Assembly: GCA_043799385.1 (NCBI GenBank)
Contig: JAZDNV010000001.1
Coordinates: forward strand, 96,361 to 160,360
DNA length: 64,000 nucleotides
From: Candidatus Aenigmatarchaeota archaeon
Lineage (GTDB): Archaea > Aenigmatarchaeota > Aenigmatarchaeia > GW2011-AR5
Reading direction: 5' to 3'
In this document: positions 47,418 to 56,955 of the stretch, one piece after another
How the letters are laid out: each line of letters opens with the position of its first letter
Numbering within the stretch: the stretch's first letter is position 1
The notes under the pieces: generated by a model
Databases searched by the model: none
The model's input: the letters and a program-made list of their open reading frames with translations, nothing else
What the model was told of the DNA's origin: nothing
Translations under genes and position numbers: made by a program

Positions 47418-48431
47418 CTATAACCCTGGGAAAAGACTTGCTTGGTCTATTCTCACCATTGCATGCGGATTGGTATTAGAATAATTCTTCCCGGTTTTAG
47501 TGTCAAGGTCAGGTCTGTAGTCGAATGAAGCCAGATAACCTGCTGATTCTAAAAATCCCATTATATCAGTCATCTTTCTTTTATATCTTTTGCTCCTATG
47601 TTCAGTTTCGGTGAAGTAGCCGTGTGGATAAGCGTACATGGATACATCCTTACCAGTTATTGACTCTAGCTTTATTTTCGGGGCTGTTATTTCAGATTCA
47701 TACCACTTTTTATTAAGGGTTGTGAGCACGAAGTGGCTTGCCGAATGGCATCCTATTCTTACGCCATTTTCTGATAAATTCCTTACTTCACCCTCATTTG
47801 AAAACAACTGCCTTGCCATTATCTCTTCATCACTATTGGAAAACATGCTGTAAAATATAGAGTCTATTACGCCCTTCTTCAGTTCAGAAGGCAGGATAAA
47901 ATGAATGGCGTACTTGAGTGTCCTGGCATCGGGTCTTTCAAGCTGATAGTAGAATTCCGCTTCCTTTGCATGTTTTTCAAAGATGCCATTAAGATTGGGA
48001 TTCAAATCCAGCATTTTTTTCAGAGATGATTTTGCTTCCATCATTATTTTATCAGAACCGAACATGCCTATCAGTGCCTGTAGCTTGTATGTTGGCGGTA
48101 GTTTTCCCTCCATCATGTCGGTATTTATGAAAAATGTTGCTGGTATGCCATATTTTTGAAGTAGAGGGAGAAGCATATCATGTTCATATCCCTCATCAAA
48201 TGTTATCGACAAAGAATTATCATCTAGTTTTTCATTATCTCTAAGTTTTTTTGAGGCATGTTCCAAATCAATAATGTTATATTTTCTCTTTCTTGCAATC
48301 ATCATTTGCGCTTCAAATCTTCTGATATCGCAATGCAATCCCGCAAGCTCGAAACTATCATCACCTATTACGGCTCTTGGTGGTTCTCTACCTACATGGT
48401 GATATGTGATGACTAAAAGGTTCCCGGTCAT
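47418..48431 (-). CDS. polysaccharide deacetylase (CE4 family)
   Basis: TFDEGY (TFDDG-type) motif and HVG region; 337 aa. Confidence 0.6.
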   Translation of the reverse strand: MTGNLLVITYHHVGREPPRAVIGDDSFELAGLHCDIRRFEAQMMIARKRKYNIIDLEHASKKLRDNEKLDDNSLSITFDEGYEHDMLLPLLQKYGIPATFFINTDMMEGKLPPTYKLQALIGMFGSDKIMMEAKSSLKKMLDLNPNLNGIFEKHAKEAEFYYQLERPDARTLKYAIHFILPSELKKGVIDSIFYSMFSNSDEEIMARQLFSNEGEVRNLSENGVRIGCHSASHFVLTTLNKKWYESEITAPKIKLESITGKDVSMYAYPHGYFTETEHRSKRYKRKMTDIMGFLESAGYLASFDYRPDLDTKTGKNYSNTNPHAMVRIDQASLFPGL

Positions 48432-48464
48432 TTTCCGATATAAGAAGCAAAAATTTAAATATGG

Positions 48465-49487
48465 CTATTTCTTCATCGATGTTAGCCTGGGTATTACCCT
48501 TCTCTTCCTGTTTTTCAAAGGCAATCTTACCCCTTTTCCGGATTTGCTCGATTCGTGTATCGCCATCGCGATTTCGACTGCCTTCATTCCGTCCACTCCT
48601 GTGCAAGAGGGCTTCTCGCCTTTTTCAATGCAATCTATTATCTCTTCTACCGCAAGAACCAGCGGCGACCCTGCAATTACTTTTGGAAACTTTGCCGGGT
48701 ACAGCTTTTTTATTCCCACATCTTTTGGCAGCATAAGTCTGATGTCTTCAATCATCTCATTGCATTTTATCGCTCCGGCAGAGCCGAATACGCTGAAATA
48801 CCACAAAACATATTCGTTCCAGTCGCTATCGATGATGGCCACTGCGCCGTTTTTAAATTTTAATAAGGCATTACCGCCCGGGTCGTTCTCATTTACATTT
48901 ATAGTGCCATAAACAGAAACAAGGTCGCCTGCAAAAAACCGCAACAAATCAAAAAGGTGCGTTCCTGCGTTCATCAGGCCGATTGGGCAGAACCCCTGCA
49001 TCATCTTTAGTTCGCCGATGCTATTCTTTTCTATCATTTCCTTGATTTTTCTGTAGTGCGGATACCACCTTCGTGTATGGTCGACAGAAAGAACAACACC
49101 GTTCTTTTTGCAGGATTTTATCATTTTCTCGCATTCATCTATGCTGACTGCCATCGGTTTTTCGCAGAATATCGCTTTTACACCGGATTCGGCTGCTCTT
49201 TCTACAATGCTGCAATGCAGCGGTGCATGTGTACATACGCTGACAATATCTATTTTTTCGTTTTTCAGCATTTTTTCATAATCAGTATACGTGTTTCGTA
49301 TGTTCCATTTCTTTGAGAAGTAATCAAGTCGTGTTTTATCAACATCGCATGCTGCAACTAGCTTCACGTTTTTTACCGCTTTGTAGGCGCCTGCATGGCC
49401 GAACGGTTTTTTTGCCAACGGCTGTGAACCAAGCTCGTCCGCGATTCTACCACAACCGATTATTGCAGCGTTGTATGTCATTTTCAA
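48465..49487 (-). CDS. Gfo/Idh/MocA family NAD(P)-dependent sugar oxidoreductase
   Basis: N-terminal AAIIGCGRIADE Rossmann motif, EKP motif (FCEKPMA); 340 aa. Confidence 0.75.
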   Translation of the reverse strand: MKMTYNAAIIGCGRIADELGSQPLAKKPFGHAGAYKAVKNVKLVAACDVDKTRLDYFSKKWNIRNTYTDYEKMLKNEKIDIVSVCTHAPLHCSIVERAAESGVKAIFCEKPMAVSIDECEKMIKSCKKNGVVLSVDHTRRWYPHYRKIKEMIEKNSIGELKMMQGFCPIGLMNAGTHLFDLLRFFAGDLVSVYGTINVNENDPGGNALLKFKNGAVAIIDSDWNEYVLWYFSVFGSAGAIKCNEMIEDIRLMLPKDVGIKKLYPAKFPKVIAGSPLVLAVEEIIDCIEKGEKPSCTGVDGMKAVEIAMAIHESSKSGKGVRLPLKNRKRRVIPRLTSMKK

Positions 49488-49600
49488 AACCTCAGCTAAA
49501 TTTCATTATCTTGAGTTTTGAAAAGTCATTTACAGATGACATTTTCAAAACACCTCAACTCCATTGTTTTGAATTGGGATGCTCGTGATTGCAGAGAATC

Positions 49601-50806
49601 TCATCTGAATTCGCTCTTGTTTTCGATTATTTTCTTGATTGCGTTTACAACATCCTTCATGTCATCTATCGTCGCTGGCGGTCTTGCAACAGAGAACCAT
49701 ATAGCTTTCTTGCATAATTCTTCTGCAACCTTGCAATTGCATTTCTTGTAATCCAAGCTGCCTTTATAGAAGCTGCAGTTGAACGGACAACCCTGATTGC
49801 CGTAGACGATTTTTTCCCGGAACAATGGATTCTTGTATAGCGGATGTGGATAGCCAAAGGCGTTTGGTATGCCTTCGGCCTTCAGCGCTTCGGAAAAGTC
49901 TTTTATTGGTATACCAACCTTATTCTCATCGTATTCTATTGCATACAAATGGTAAACATGCTTTATGTCCTTTGAATCGTGCGGCGTCTTTACACCATTC
50001 ATGCGCAGATTTTTGGACAGAAATTTAGCAAGCTTTATCTTACCGTCATTAAGTTTGTTCAATTTCTTTAACTGGACAATGCCTATTGCTGCTTCCATCT
50101 CGGTCATACGGTAGTTCCAGCCAAGAATATTTGAAAGATACTCGCGCTTTTTCCCCTCGACAATGACTTCGCCGTGGTTTCGAATCATTCTACAACGTTC
50201 TGCTAACTGCAGGTCGTTGGTTATTATCATTCCACCCTCGCCTGTCGCCACGTCTTTTTTCTCCTGGAAGCTGAAGCAACCGATATCGCCAATAGTTCCT
50301 ACTAATCTGCCCTTATATTTCGCGCCTATCGCCTGGGCAGCGTCTTCGATGATATTTAGCTTGTGCCTTTTTGCAATTTCCATTATACCATCCATATCTG
50401 CCGGGTGGCCAAGAAGATGGACTGGTATTATCGCCTTTGTTCTAGGTGTTATCGCTTTGCGGATTTCGTTTGGGTCCAGGCAGTACGAATCCTTATCAAT
50501 ATCAGCAAAAATCGGTATGGCGTTGTGCATCAAAACGCTCGTTGCAGTAGACGTGAACGTATAAGGAGGAACAATGACCTCGTCTCCCGGGCCGATGCCA
50601 CACGCGGCTATTGCGGCGTGCAACGCTGCTGTTCCGGAATTGACAGCTATGGCGTATTTTGAATTGTGATACTCAGCGAATCGCTTTTCGAATTCCTTTA
50701 TCGTTTTGCCACCGAGAAAATTGGGTTTTAGCGTTGAGAACGTTGATAGTTCGCCGCTCTTCAATACATTCATAACTGCGTTTATCTCTTCCCTACTGAT
50801 TACCAA
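49601..50806 (-). CDS. DegT/DnrJ/EryC1/StrS family PLP-dependent sugar aminotransferase
   Basis: N-terminus EINAVMNVLKSGELS; full-length (401 aa) DegT-family aminotransferase architecture. Confidence 0.8.
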   Translation of the reverse strand: MVISREEINAVMNVLKSGELSTFSTLKPNFLGGKTIKEFEKRFAEYHNSKYAIAVNSGTAALHAAIAACGIGPGDEVIVPPYTFTSTATSVLMHNAIPIFADIDKDSYCLDPNEIRKAITPRTKAIIPVHLLGHPADMDGIMEIAKRHKLNIIEDAAQAIGAKYKGRLVGTIGDIGCFSFQEKKDVATGEGGMIITNDLQLAERCRMIRNHGEVIVEGKKREYLSNILGWNYRMTEMEAAIGIVQLKKLNKLNDGKIKLAKFLSKNLRMNGVKTPHDSKDIKHVYHLYAIEYDENKVGIPIKDFSEALKAEGIPNAFGYPHPLYKNPLFREKIVYGNQGCPFNCSFYKGSLDYKKCNCKVAEELCKKAIWFSVARPPATIDDMKDVVNAIKKIIENKSEFR

Positions 50807-50865
50807 CCATTTTGGCCATTGACTTTTTCTTATCGGTTTTCCGCCATGAATCGCTAAGTTCGTAA

Positions 50866-52308
50866 CTACACACCCTTTGATAATTTATTTTGCTGCTTTA
50901 TATTTAATAGTGTTTTTATCACATGCATGCTCAAATAACCGAACCGCGGTAATCCAACGTCCTTGCATTTCTTCAATGCCATAAAAGGCAGGAATAGCGC
51001 GTTATTTTTCATATAGTTGATAAACATCCTTCTCTGGGCTTCTTCCTTTAACCGTTTCAGTTCATCGTCCGAGAAATCAGTCATGTTCAGGTATATCCTC
51101 TCGCCGAAGCCTGTGCCATCGCCAAATCTTGATAAATATTCATCATCATCTTTAACCAATCCTTTTCTCTTGACCTCCGCCCAGACAGGCGTTCCTGGGT
51201 AAGGGGTGAAATAAAAGAAGTATTCAAGTTCATTAACCTTTTTCATATATCTTACCGTATCCTCTATCGATTCCTTTGTTTCACCTGGTATGCCTATCAT
51301 TATCGAGACGCGTGGATGAACGCCGGCCTTCTTTGCATTCATCACACCTTCATACTGCTGCTCCAGAGTGACGCCTTTTCTTATTGTATTGAGATTCTTT
51401 TGATTAGCGCTCTCTATGCCGTATAGCAATGCAACGCAGCCGGATTTCTTCATGAGTTTCAAAAGCTCGAGGTCAGAGACATTCACGCGGCCAGCTGCAT
51501 CCCATGTTATGTTCATCTTTTTCTCTATCAGCAGGTTGCAGAATTTAACGACACGGTCGCGGTTGACTACGAATGTTTCATCACTGAAACTGAATCTTGA
51601 AACTTTGTATTTCTCTTTCAGGACTTCCATCTCCTCGATTATATTCTCCGGGCTTCGCAATCGCGATTGATTGTGAAAAGCGTCGTTGCAGTATATGCAT
51701 TTGTACGGGCATCCACGACCAGTCAATAGGTTCATGCTGTTGAAATCCCCGTAGCCGTATATATGGTATTTCAGGTATATCTCTATCGGAAATATGTCCC
51801 AGGCAGGGAACGGCACATCATCCAGGTTTTGTATCAGTGGTCGCGGCGCAGTTTTTACTATTTTTCTACCAGTTCTGAAGTAGATGCCTCTTACTTTATT
51901 GAGGTTGCCATTCTTTTCCAGGGTCTTTGCCAGATCGACTGCAGTAAGCTCGCCTTCTCCAACGACGACTACGTCAACCACTGTTTTTTGAAGAAGCAGC
52001 TCAGGAACAATAGTCGCCAACGGCCCGCCAATCACGATTTTCTTTTTTGGGTGCAACTCTTTTATCTTCCCGACAAGCTTCTTTATGTAGTTGTACTGGG
52101 TAACGATCCCAGTCAAGCCGATGACGTCAAAATCATAATCTTTGAGTCTTTTTATCGCATCTTCTATTGTGTATTTGTTCGCATGCATATCTAACGCTTG
52201 CACGTTATGGCCGGCATCTATCAGGTATCTGGCTACATAACCGAGACCCAACGGAAATGACGTTGGCTCGCGGCCAATCACTCTGGGATGAATTAATAGT
52301 ATCTTCAT
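50866..52308 (-). CDS. cobalamin-binding radical SAM enzyme - paralog C
   Basis: B12-binding domain (VIGLTGIV...IVIGGPLATI), radical SAM CPYKCIYCN; 480 aa. Confidence 0.75.
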   Translation of the reverse strand: MKILLIHPRVIGREPTSFPLGLGYVARYLIDAGHNVQALDMHANKYTIEDAIKRLKDYDFDVIGLTGIVTQYNYIKKLVGKIKELHPKKKIVIGGPLATIVPELLLQKTVVDVVVVGEGELTAVDLAKTLEKNGNLNKVRGIYFRTGRKIVKTAPRPLIQNLDDVPFPAWDIFPIEIYLKYHIYGYGDFNSMNLLTGRGCPYKCIYCNDAFHNQSRLRSPENIIEEMEVLKEKYKVSRFSFSDETFVVNRDRVVKFCNLLIEKKMNITWDAAGRVNVSDLELLKLMKKSGCVALLYGIESANQKNLNTIRKGVTLEQQYEGVMNAKKAGVHPRVSIMIGIPGETKESIEDTVRYMKKVNELEYFFYFTPYPGTPVWAEVKRKGLVKDDDEYLSRFGDGTGFGERIYLNMTDFSDDELKRLKEEAQRRMFINYMKNNALFLPFMALKKCKDVGLPRFGYLSMHVIKTLLNIKQQNKLSKGV

Positions 52309-52338
52309 GCTCTCACTAATAAGACAGAAAATTTAAAT

Positions 52339-53805
52339 TCATTTCTTGCCGCGCAATCGGTTTATTATTTTTATTTCCCTCTTATCGAAGACTTTGAAAA
52401 CGAACAGCAGCGCTGCGTAAACCAGAAATCCTAACGCGAAGACGGCTATTTTTTCAACCAGTACCTGTGGATTCAACAGCCACATGACCAGGCCAGAGAC
52501 TACGGCCGCGGTCAGCACTTTATGCACGGCAAGGTAACGATAATCGATTGATACATGCTTTTTGCAGTAAAAATACATCATGAGGAACATGATGAAATAG
52601 CTAACGGTTGTTGCGATAGCTGCGCCGTACATCCCAAACCTTGATATCAATAGTATATTCAATGCTATGTTTATTGCAGCGCTGGTTATGTATATGGCCG
52701 GTATAATCTTTGTTCTGCCCCTGAGCAGGATGTTCTGGTAAAACAAGAATACCATCGCTGCGAATAGAGGAAATGGTATTAGAAACGGCATTATCGCAGC
52801 CGCATCAGCGTACGCAGGACCGGATATCATGCCGACAACCTGATAACCAAGGCTCAGCATGAACGCCATGAACGGCAGTATTGTGACGATGTTGTATTTC
52901 AATGCAATATTAAAAAGCAGGTTATGGTCGCCTTTTCTGTTCCACGCCTCAGCTATGTACGGCTGGAGAACATTCGATACGGTTGCACCGAGAACGTATA
53001 TGAGGTTGATGAGCGAATAGCCAAGCGAGAAGATGCCGACTGTTGCCGGATTTGTAAAATAGTTCAATACGTATCTGTTTCCCATCTCTATGATTAAGCT
53101 GCCGAGAAAAATAAATATTACAGGCATGCTGAAAATCAACGCAGGGACTACTACACTCATTTCAATTCTCCATGATTTTAGCACAGAGAACACATCCCTT
53201 GATTTAAGCGAGTAGAGGACGATCGCAACAACGCTAGAGAATAGCCATATCACAACCACACGCAGGATTGTCAATTCGCCAAATCCCACGACAGCTGATA
53301 AAATCGCCACAAGTATTATCTGCTGGATAAAAAGTATTATGCTGTTTAATTCTATCTTCTTGTTTGCCACAAAGTACGCTGAATACAATCGTGTGAGCGT
53401 CGAGATAAAAATTATAACGAACAAAAACTGCAACCCGAGGCTGAAGTTTTCTATTTTCATTATAGCCGACAGGAAACTCTGCGCAGGCGGTGTGATAAAT
53501 ATCACAGCAACTGCCAATAGGAATATCAGTTCAAAAAACATTAACGAAAAGAACGTGCTCATTTTCTTTTGATGCGGCAATCCTGGCAGCTTCGTTATTA
53601 TGAACTGCGATAAACCCAACTCAAGCAATACTACAAGCGAGCTTACGGTGACCGCGAAGAGCGAGTATACACCATAGTCGTTGACCGTAAGGTTTCTAGT
53701 CAGCAGGAATATCAGCAGCGGGTTGATTATTATTGTAAGTATCAGACTAGCATAAGAAAAACTAATCTGCCTTATCATCCTGATGTATTCGCTCATATCA
53801 ATCAA
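52339..53805 (-). CDS. Wzx-type polysaccharide/oligosaccharide flippase (MOP superfamily)
   Basis: 488 aa, about 12-14 TM helices with typical MOP/PST layout. Confidence 0.65.
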   Translation of the reverse strand: MIDMSEYIRMIRQISFSYASLILTIIINPLLIFLLTRNLTVNDYGVYSLFAVTVSSLVVLLELGLSQFIITKLPGLPHQKKMSTFFSLMFFELIFLLAVAVIFITPPAQSFLSAIMKIENFSLGLQFLFVIIFISTLTRLYSAYFVANKKIELNSIILFIQQIILVAILSAVVGFGELTILRVVVIWLFSSVVAIVLYSLKSRDVFSVLKSWRIEMSVVVPALIFSMPVIFIFLGSLIIEMGNRYVLNYFTNPATVGIFSLGYSLINLIYVLGATVSNVLQPYIAEAWNRKGDHNLLFNIALKYNIVTILPFMAFMLSLGYQVVGMISGPAYADAAAIMPFLIPFPLFAAMVFLFYQNILLRGRTKIIPAIYITSAAINIALNILLISRFGMYGAAIATTVSYFIMFLMMYFYCKKHVSIDYRYLAVHKVLTAAVVSGLVMWLLNPQVLVEKIAVFALGFLVYAALLFVFKVFDKREIKIINRLRGKK

Positions 53806-55292
53806 GCTATCCTATAGATTTTAATTTTTGTATTTTTATTCTCGTAAACTAGGGTACCGTCTAACGGTACGTCCTTGTCAAACTTGCTGATTACCATGTC
53901 GCTGTTTTCCGGATAAAAGACATATGATATGTTATAGTCAATAAAGTCCTCTGCAGTCGTTTTGTTAATGAACTCGAAAAAGACTATGCTATACGCATAT
54001 CTATCGAATTTATACGAGTTGCACTGGCTGTTCGGTGTTAGGAATACTGCGTCTTTTTCCGTATTGCTCTTTATCCAGTTGAAATCATCCTCGTATTTAT
54101 TCCACATGTCATTGGCGACAAAGGCTTTACCGAACTCGCCGGAAACGAAGATTATCGCAGATATCGCTATGAGTGCAACTACAGTCCTTTTATTTACGAA
54201 TCTTTCAATTCCGAGTGCCCAGTATACAGCAAAAAATGTCATGGCAGGCAGTATGTACCTGATTATGAAGAGGTTGATTGTGAATGAAATAAGGAGATTG
54301 AATATGAGAAATGAAATGAGGAGTATGTTTATCACATCAAAACCGAAGCTTCTCTTAACATTTCTCAACCCGACAAGGAAAAAGAAGAAAAATACCGCTG
54401 TCGCTGCTAGCCAGATTAAAGCCATGTATGGATTCAGGATTGTCAGATTATCAATATTTCCGTTTGGAACCCCGAATAAAGATAGGTAGAACGATGTCGA
54501 AAGGCTGGAAATATCAGCATTCAATTGGCCGAAGCCTAACTCAGATGTGGAGAAATCTTGGTAACCGCCAAATAGATTGTTGAAGTACGGCCAGATGGGA
54601 TTGCCAAGATACATCCAGTCTCTCAAATACCAGGGCGATGCTATTGCAAATGCGACGATAATGAATATTGCCGATTTCTTTAGGAAATCTTTCCTTGTTT
54701 TTGTGAATATGATATAGAGGATGACCGGCAGCATGAAGAATGCGCTGACCTTTGCCAGAAGCGCCAATCCGGCTAATGCAGATGATAAAATCAGGCGATC
54801 TTCAAGCATGTAATAGATGCTTGCCAAAACAAAAAACGCAAGCGTTGTATCGACATATCCAATAGAGCTTTCATACATATGCCCTGGTATGAACGCCAGG
54901 AATACGGTGCTGTAGAATGCAGTTTTTGAGTTGAACAATTTTTTAACCAGCAGGAATGAATACAACAAAAACAAGCTGCCGAAAATAGGAGAGATGAGTT
55001 TTAGCGATATATCGCTAATCAGCCAATTGAAAGACAGGTAGCTTGCTGCTGTGAACAAGTGAAACAACGGCGGTGCCCAGAAGACGCTTCTTCCCAAAGG
55101 CTCGAACAATGGTATTGATAAATCTCTTCCAATGAATCGCGATGCAGAAAGGTGCCAGCACGCATCGCCGCTCACAGCAGAGATAACAGCCAAGGCGAAT
55201 CTTATCACTATTGCCGCAAGTATTATCATCAGGGCGTATCTCGTATATTTATCTTTCACAGATTTTCTAATATCAAATCTCATTGAAATCAC
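53802..55292 (-). CDS. GT-C membrane glycosyltransferase (PMT/ArnT-like, GT39/GT83-like)
   Basis: 496 aa polytopic; first extracytoplasmic loop with acidic/His motif (SGDACWHLSASRF) reminiscent of PMT/ArnT DE-loop. Confidence 0.5.
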   Translation of the reverse strand: MISMRFDIRKSVKDKYTRYALMIILAAIVIRFALAVISAVSGDACWHLSASRFIGRDLSIPLFEPLGRSVFWAPPLFHLFTAASYLSFNWLISDISLKLISPIFGSLFLLYSFLLVKKLFNSKTAFYSTVFLAFIPGHMYESSIGYVDTTLAFFVLASIYYMLEDRLILSSALAGLALLAKVSAFFMLPVILYIIFTKTRKDFLKKSAIFIIVAFAIASPWYLRDWMYLGNPIWPYFNNLFGGYQDFSTSELGFGQLNADISSLSTSFYLSLFGVPNGNIDNLTILNPYMALIWLAATAVFFFFFLVGLRNVKRSFGFDVINILLISFLIFNLLISFTINLFIIRYILPAMTFFAVYWALGIERFVNKRTVVALIAISAIIFVSGEFGKAFVANDMWNKYEDDFNWIKSNTEKDAVFLTPNSQCNSYKFDRYAYSIVFFEFINKTTAEDFIDYNISYVFYPENSDMVISKFDKDVPLDGTLVYENKNTKIKIYRIA

Positions 55293-55831
55293 TTGTCCGC
55301 ATATATTATACAGTTCATGAAAAGTTCAAAATATTTTGCACGTATTTTATTTCTGTCAAATCCAGCCTCTGCGAGAATATCCATTATTTCAGAGCGGTAG
55401 TACGTTTTTTTATGCTCTTCTGCACCTTTTTTTGAGACAAGTTGCAAACTACCTAGAAATTGTATGATGAAATTTGCGATAGGCGTTGGCGTCGTGATTA
55501 TCAATCGGCCGCCGCTTCTCAAGACCCTGCGGCATTCCTTCATTACATCCACTATGGTGTCTTCTTCTATATGCTCAAAGACTGCAAGCATTGTTATGCA
55601 GTCAAAATAGTCTTGTTTGAACGGCAACCCCTTTCTTATGTCCCCTTTCATACACCTTGAATCTCTTGGCAGGTCAATGTCGATGCCATACTTGTCTTTG
55701 AAATCGACATGCTTCAGCAAATAACCGGAGCCGCAGCCCAAATCTAATATCCTTCCCCTGGATTCTGGCAGATATTTGTTCGTCTGACTTATTCTCATTG
55801 ATCTAAGAAACGGTTCTAACAACTCGCTCAT
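55289..55831 (-). CDS. class I SAM-dependent methyltransferase
   Basis: ILDLGCGSGYLL motif I; 180 aa. Confidence 0.65.
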   Translation of the reverse strand: MSELLEPFLRSMRISQTNKYLPESRGRILDLGCGSGYLLKHVDFKDKYGIDIDLPRDSRCMKGDIRKGLPFKQDYFDCITMLAVFEHIEEDTIVDVMKECRRVLRSGGRLIITTPTPIANFIIQFLGSLQLVSKKGAEEHKKTYYRSEIMDILAEAGFDRNKIRAKYFELFMNCIIYADK

Positions 55832-55833
55832 AG

Positions 55834-56955
55834 TTATTCAAATTTTACTCTAAATAACTTCACTTCCCCTCCCCAGTTATTTACGAACTCAAAGTTTTCG
55901 AGCCCCTGGCCGTTAAAGAAGTACATTTTAGTGAACAACGAATTCTCGAGTTCAGGCGGTATGTAAATCAGCAGTTGCCTGTCAGGCGTCAGCCATAACA
56001 GGCCCTTGATTTCAGAGTCAGGGTAAGTCTTTACAGCTCCCATGCCATCCTTTGTGACATAGAATATTTTTTCAACTGACAGGAATTGGCTGCCCTGCTG
56101 AAGATAAGGCTTTATTGTCCCATTTATTTCATATAAGACGAATGACTGCTGTTCTGCCATCGGATACGTGTAAGCTATCGCGTTCTGTGCAACTATAGGC
56201 TTTGCTTGGCTCAGGCCAAGCATGAGATAATAGTATTTCTTACCCTTTTCGGCAGGTTCCCATGTTGTGAAGTACGACCACCATACGCTCTTGCTTATTA
56301 GGTCAGATGAAGCTATGTAGTAAAGCTCATCACAACCCAGTTTCTTATACTCTTTCAAAATATCCAGCGCCAACGTCTCGTTTCCCGTGAGCAATGTTGC
56401 GGCTATGTCCTGTATTCGTGCTGTCGTGACAGTGCCGTTCGAAAACATCATAATACGGTTTATGCCGTTGTCGTATTTCTTTATCACCATACCCGATTCG
56501 TCGCTGCTGGTGTTTCTTATCAGCAGAGCGTTCTGCGAAGCGCCATCGAAAACGACCGCTCGCTGCGCGATTCCTGTTATGAAATGCCCTGGGTCCCAGT
56601 ACGTCGCAATAACTGCGCAATCCTTTGTGTTATTTCTGATCCAGTTCAATGCGTTGAACCAGTTGTCGGATAAAACGGTGCCCTGTGATTTTGCTACGTA
56701 CAACCCCGGTGAAAAGTAAAATGAGTATGTAATGGAAAATATCATGAACATCAATAAAGTAAGGTATATCTCCCTCTTTTCGATGAATTTTGTCGCGTAC
56801 AATGCCCATGAAATAATTGCAATCACGAACATTACTGCAAACCACTCAAGAATTAAGACGGATGCGTTAAGCACAAAGATGAGTATCAATGACAGCAGCG
56901 ACAACCCGACCAATGAAAGTATTCTTTTATCCATATCAATCCTCAAGTTTTTCAT
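55834..56955 (-). CDS. aglB: AglB/STT3 oligosaccharyltransferase C-terminal portion (last TM helices + WWDYG-like motif + periplasmic domain)
   Basis: ATYWDPGHFITGIAQRAVVFDGASQN aligns with the archaeal STT3 signature WWDYG[YH][WF]I...GQRA..DGG; three N-terminal TM helices then soluble domain; 373 aa. Confidence 0.55.
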   Translation of the reverse strand: MKNLRIDMDKRILSLVGLSLLSLILIFVLNASVLILEWFAVMFVIAIISWALYATKFIEKREIYLTLLMFMIFSITYSFYFSPGLYVAKSQGTVLSDNWFNALNWIRNNTKDCAVIATYWDPGHFITGIAQRAVVFDGASQNALLIRNTSSDESGMVIKKYDNGINRIMMFSNGTVTTARIQDIAATLLTGNETLALDILKEYKKLGCDELYYIASSDLISKSVWWSYFTTWEPAEKGKKYYYLMLGLSQAKPIVAQNAIAYTYPMAEQQSFVLYEINGTIKPYLQQGSQFLSVEKIFYVTKDGMGAVKTYPDSEIKGLLWLTPDRQLLIYIPPELENSLFTKMYFFNGQGLENFEFVNNWGGEVKLFRVKFE

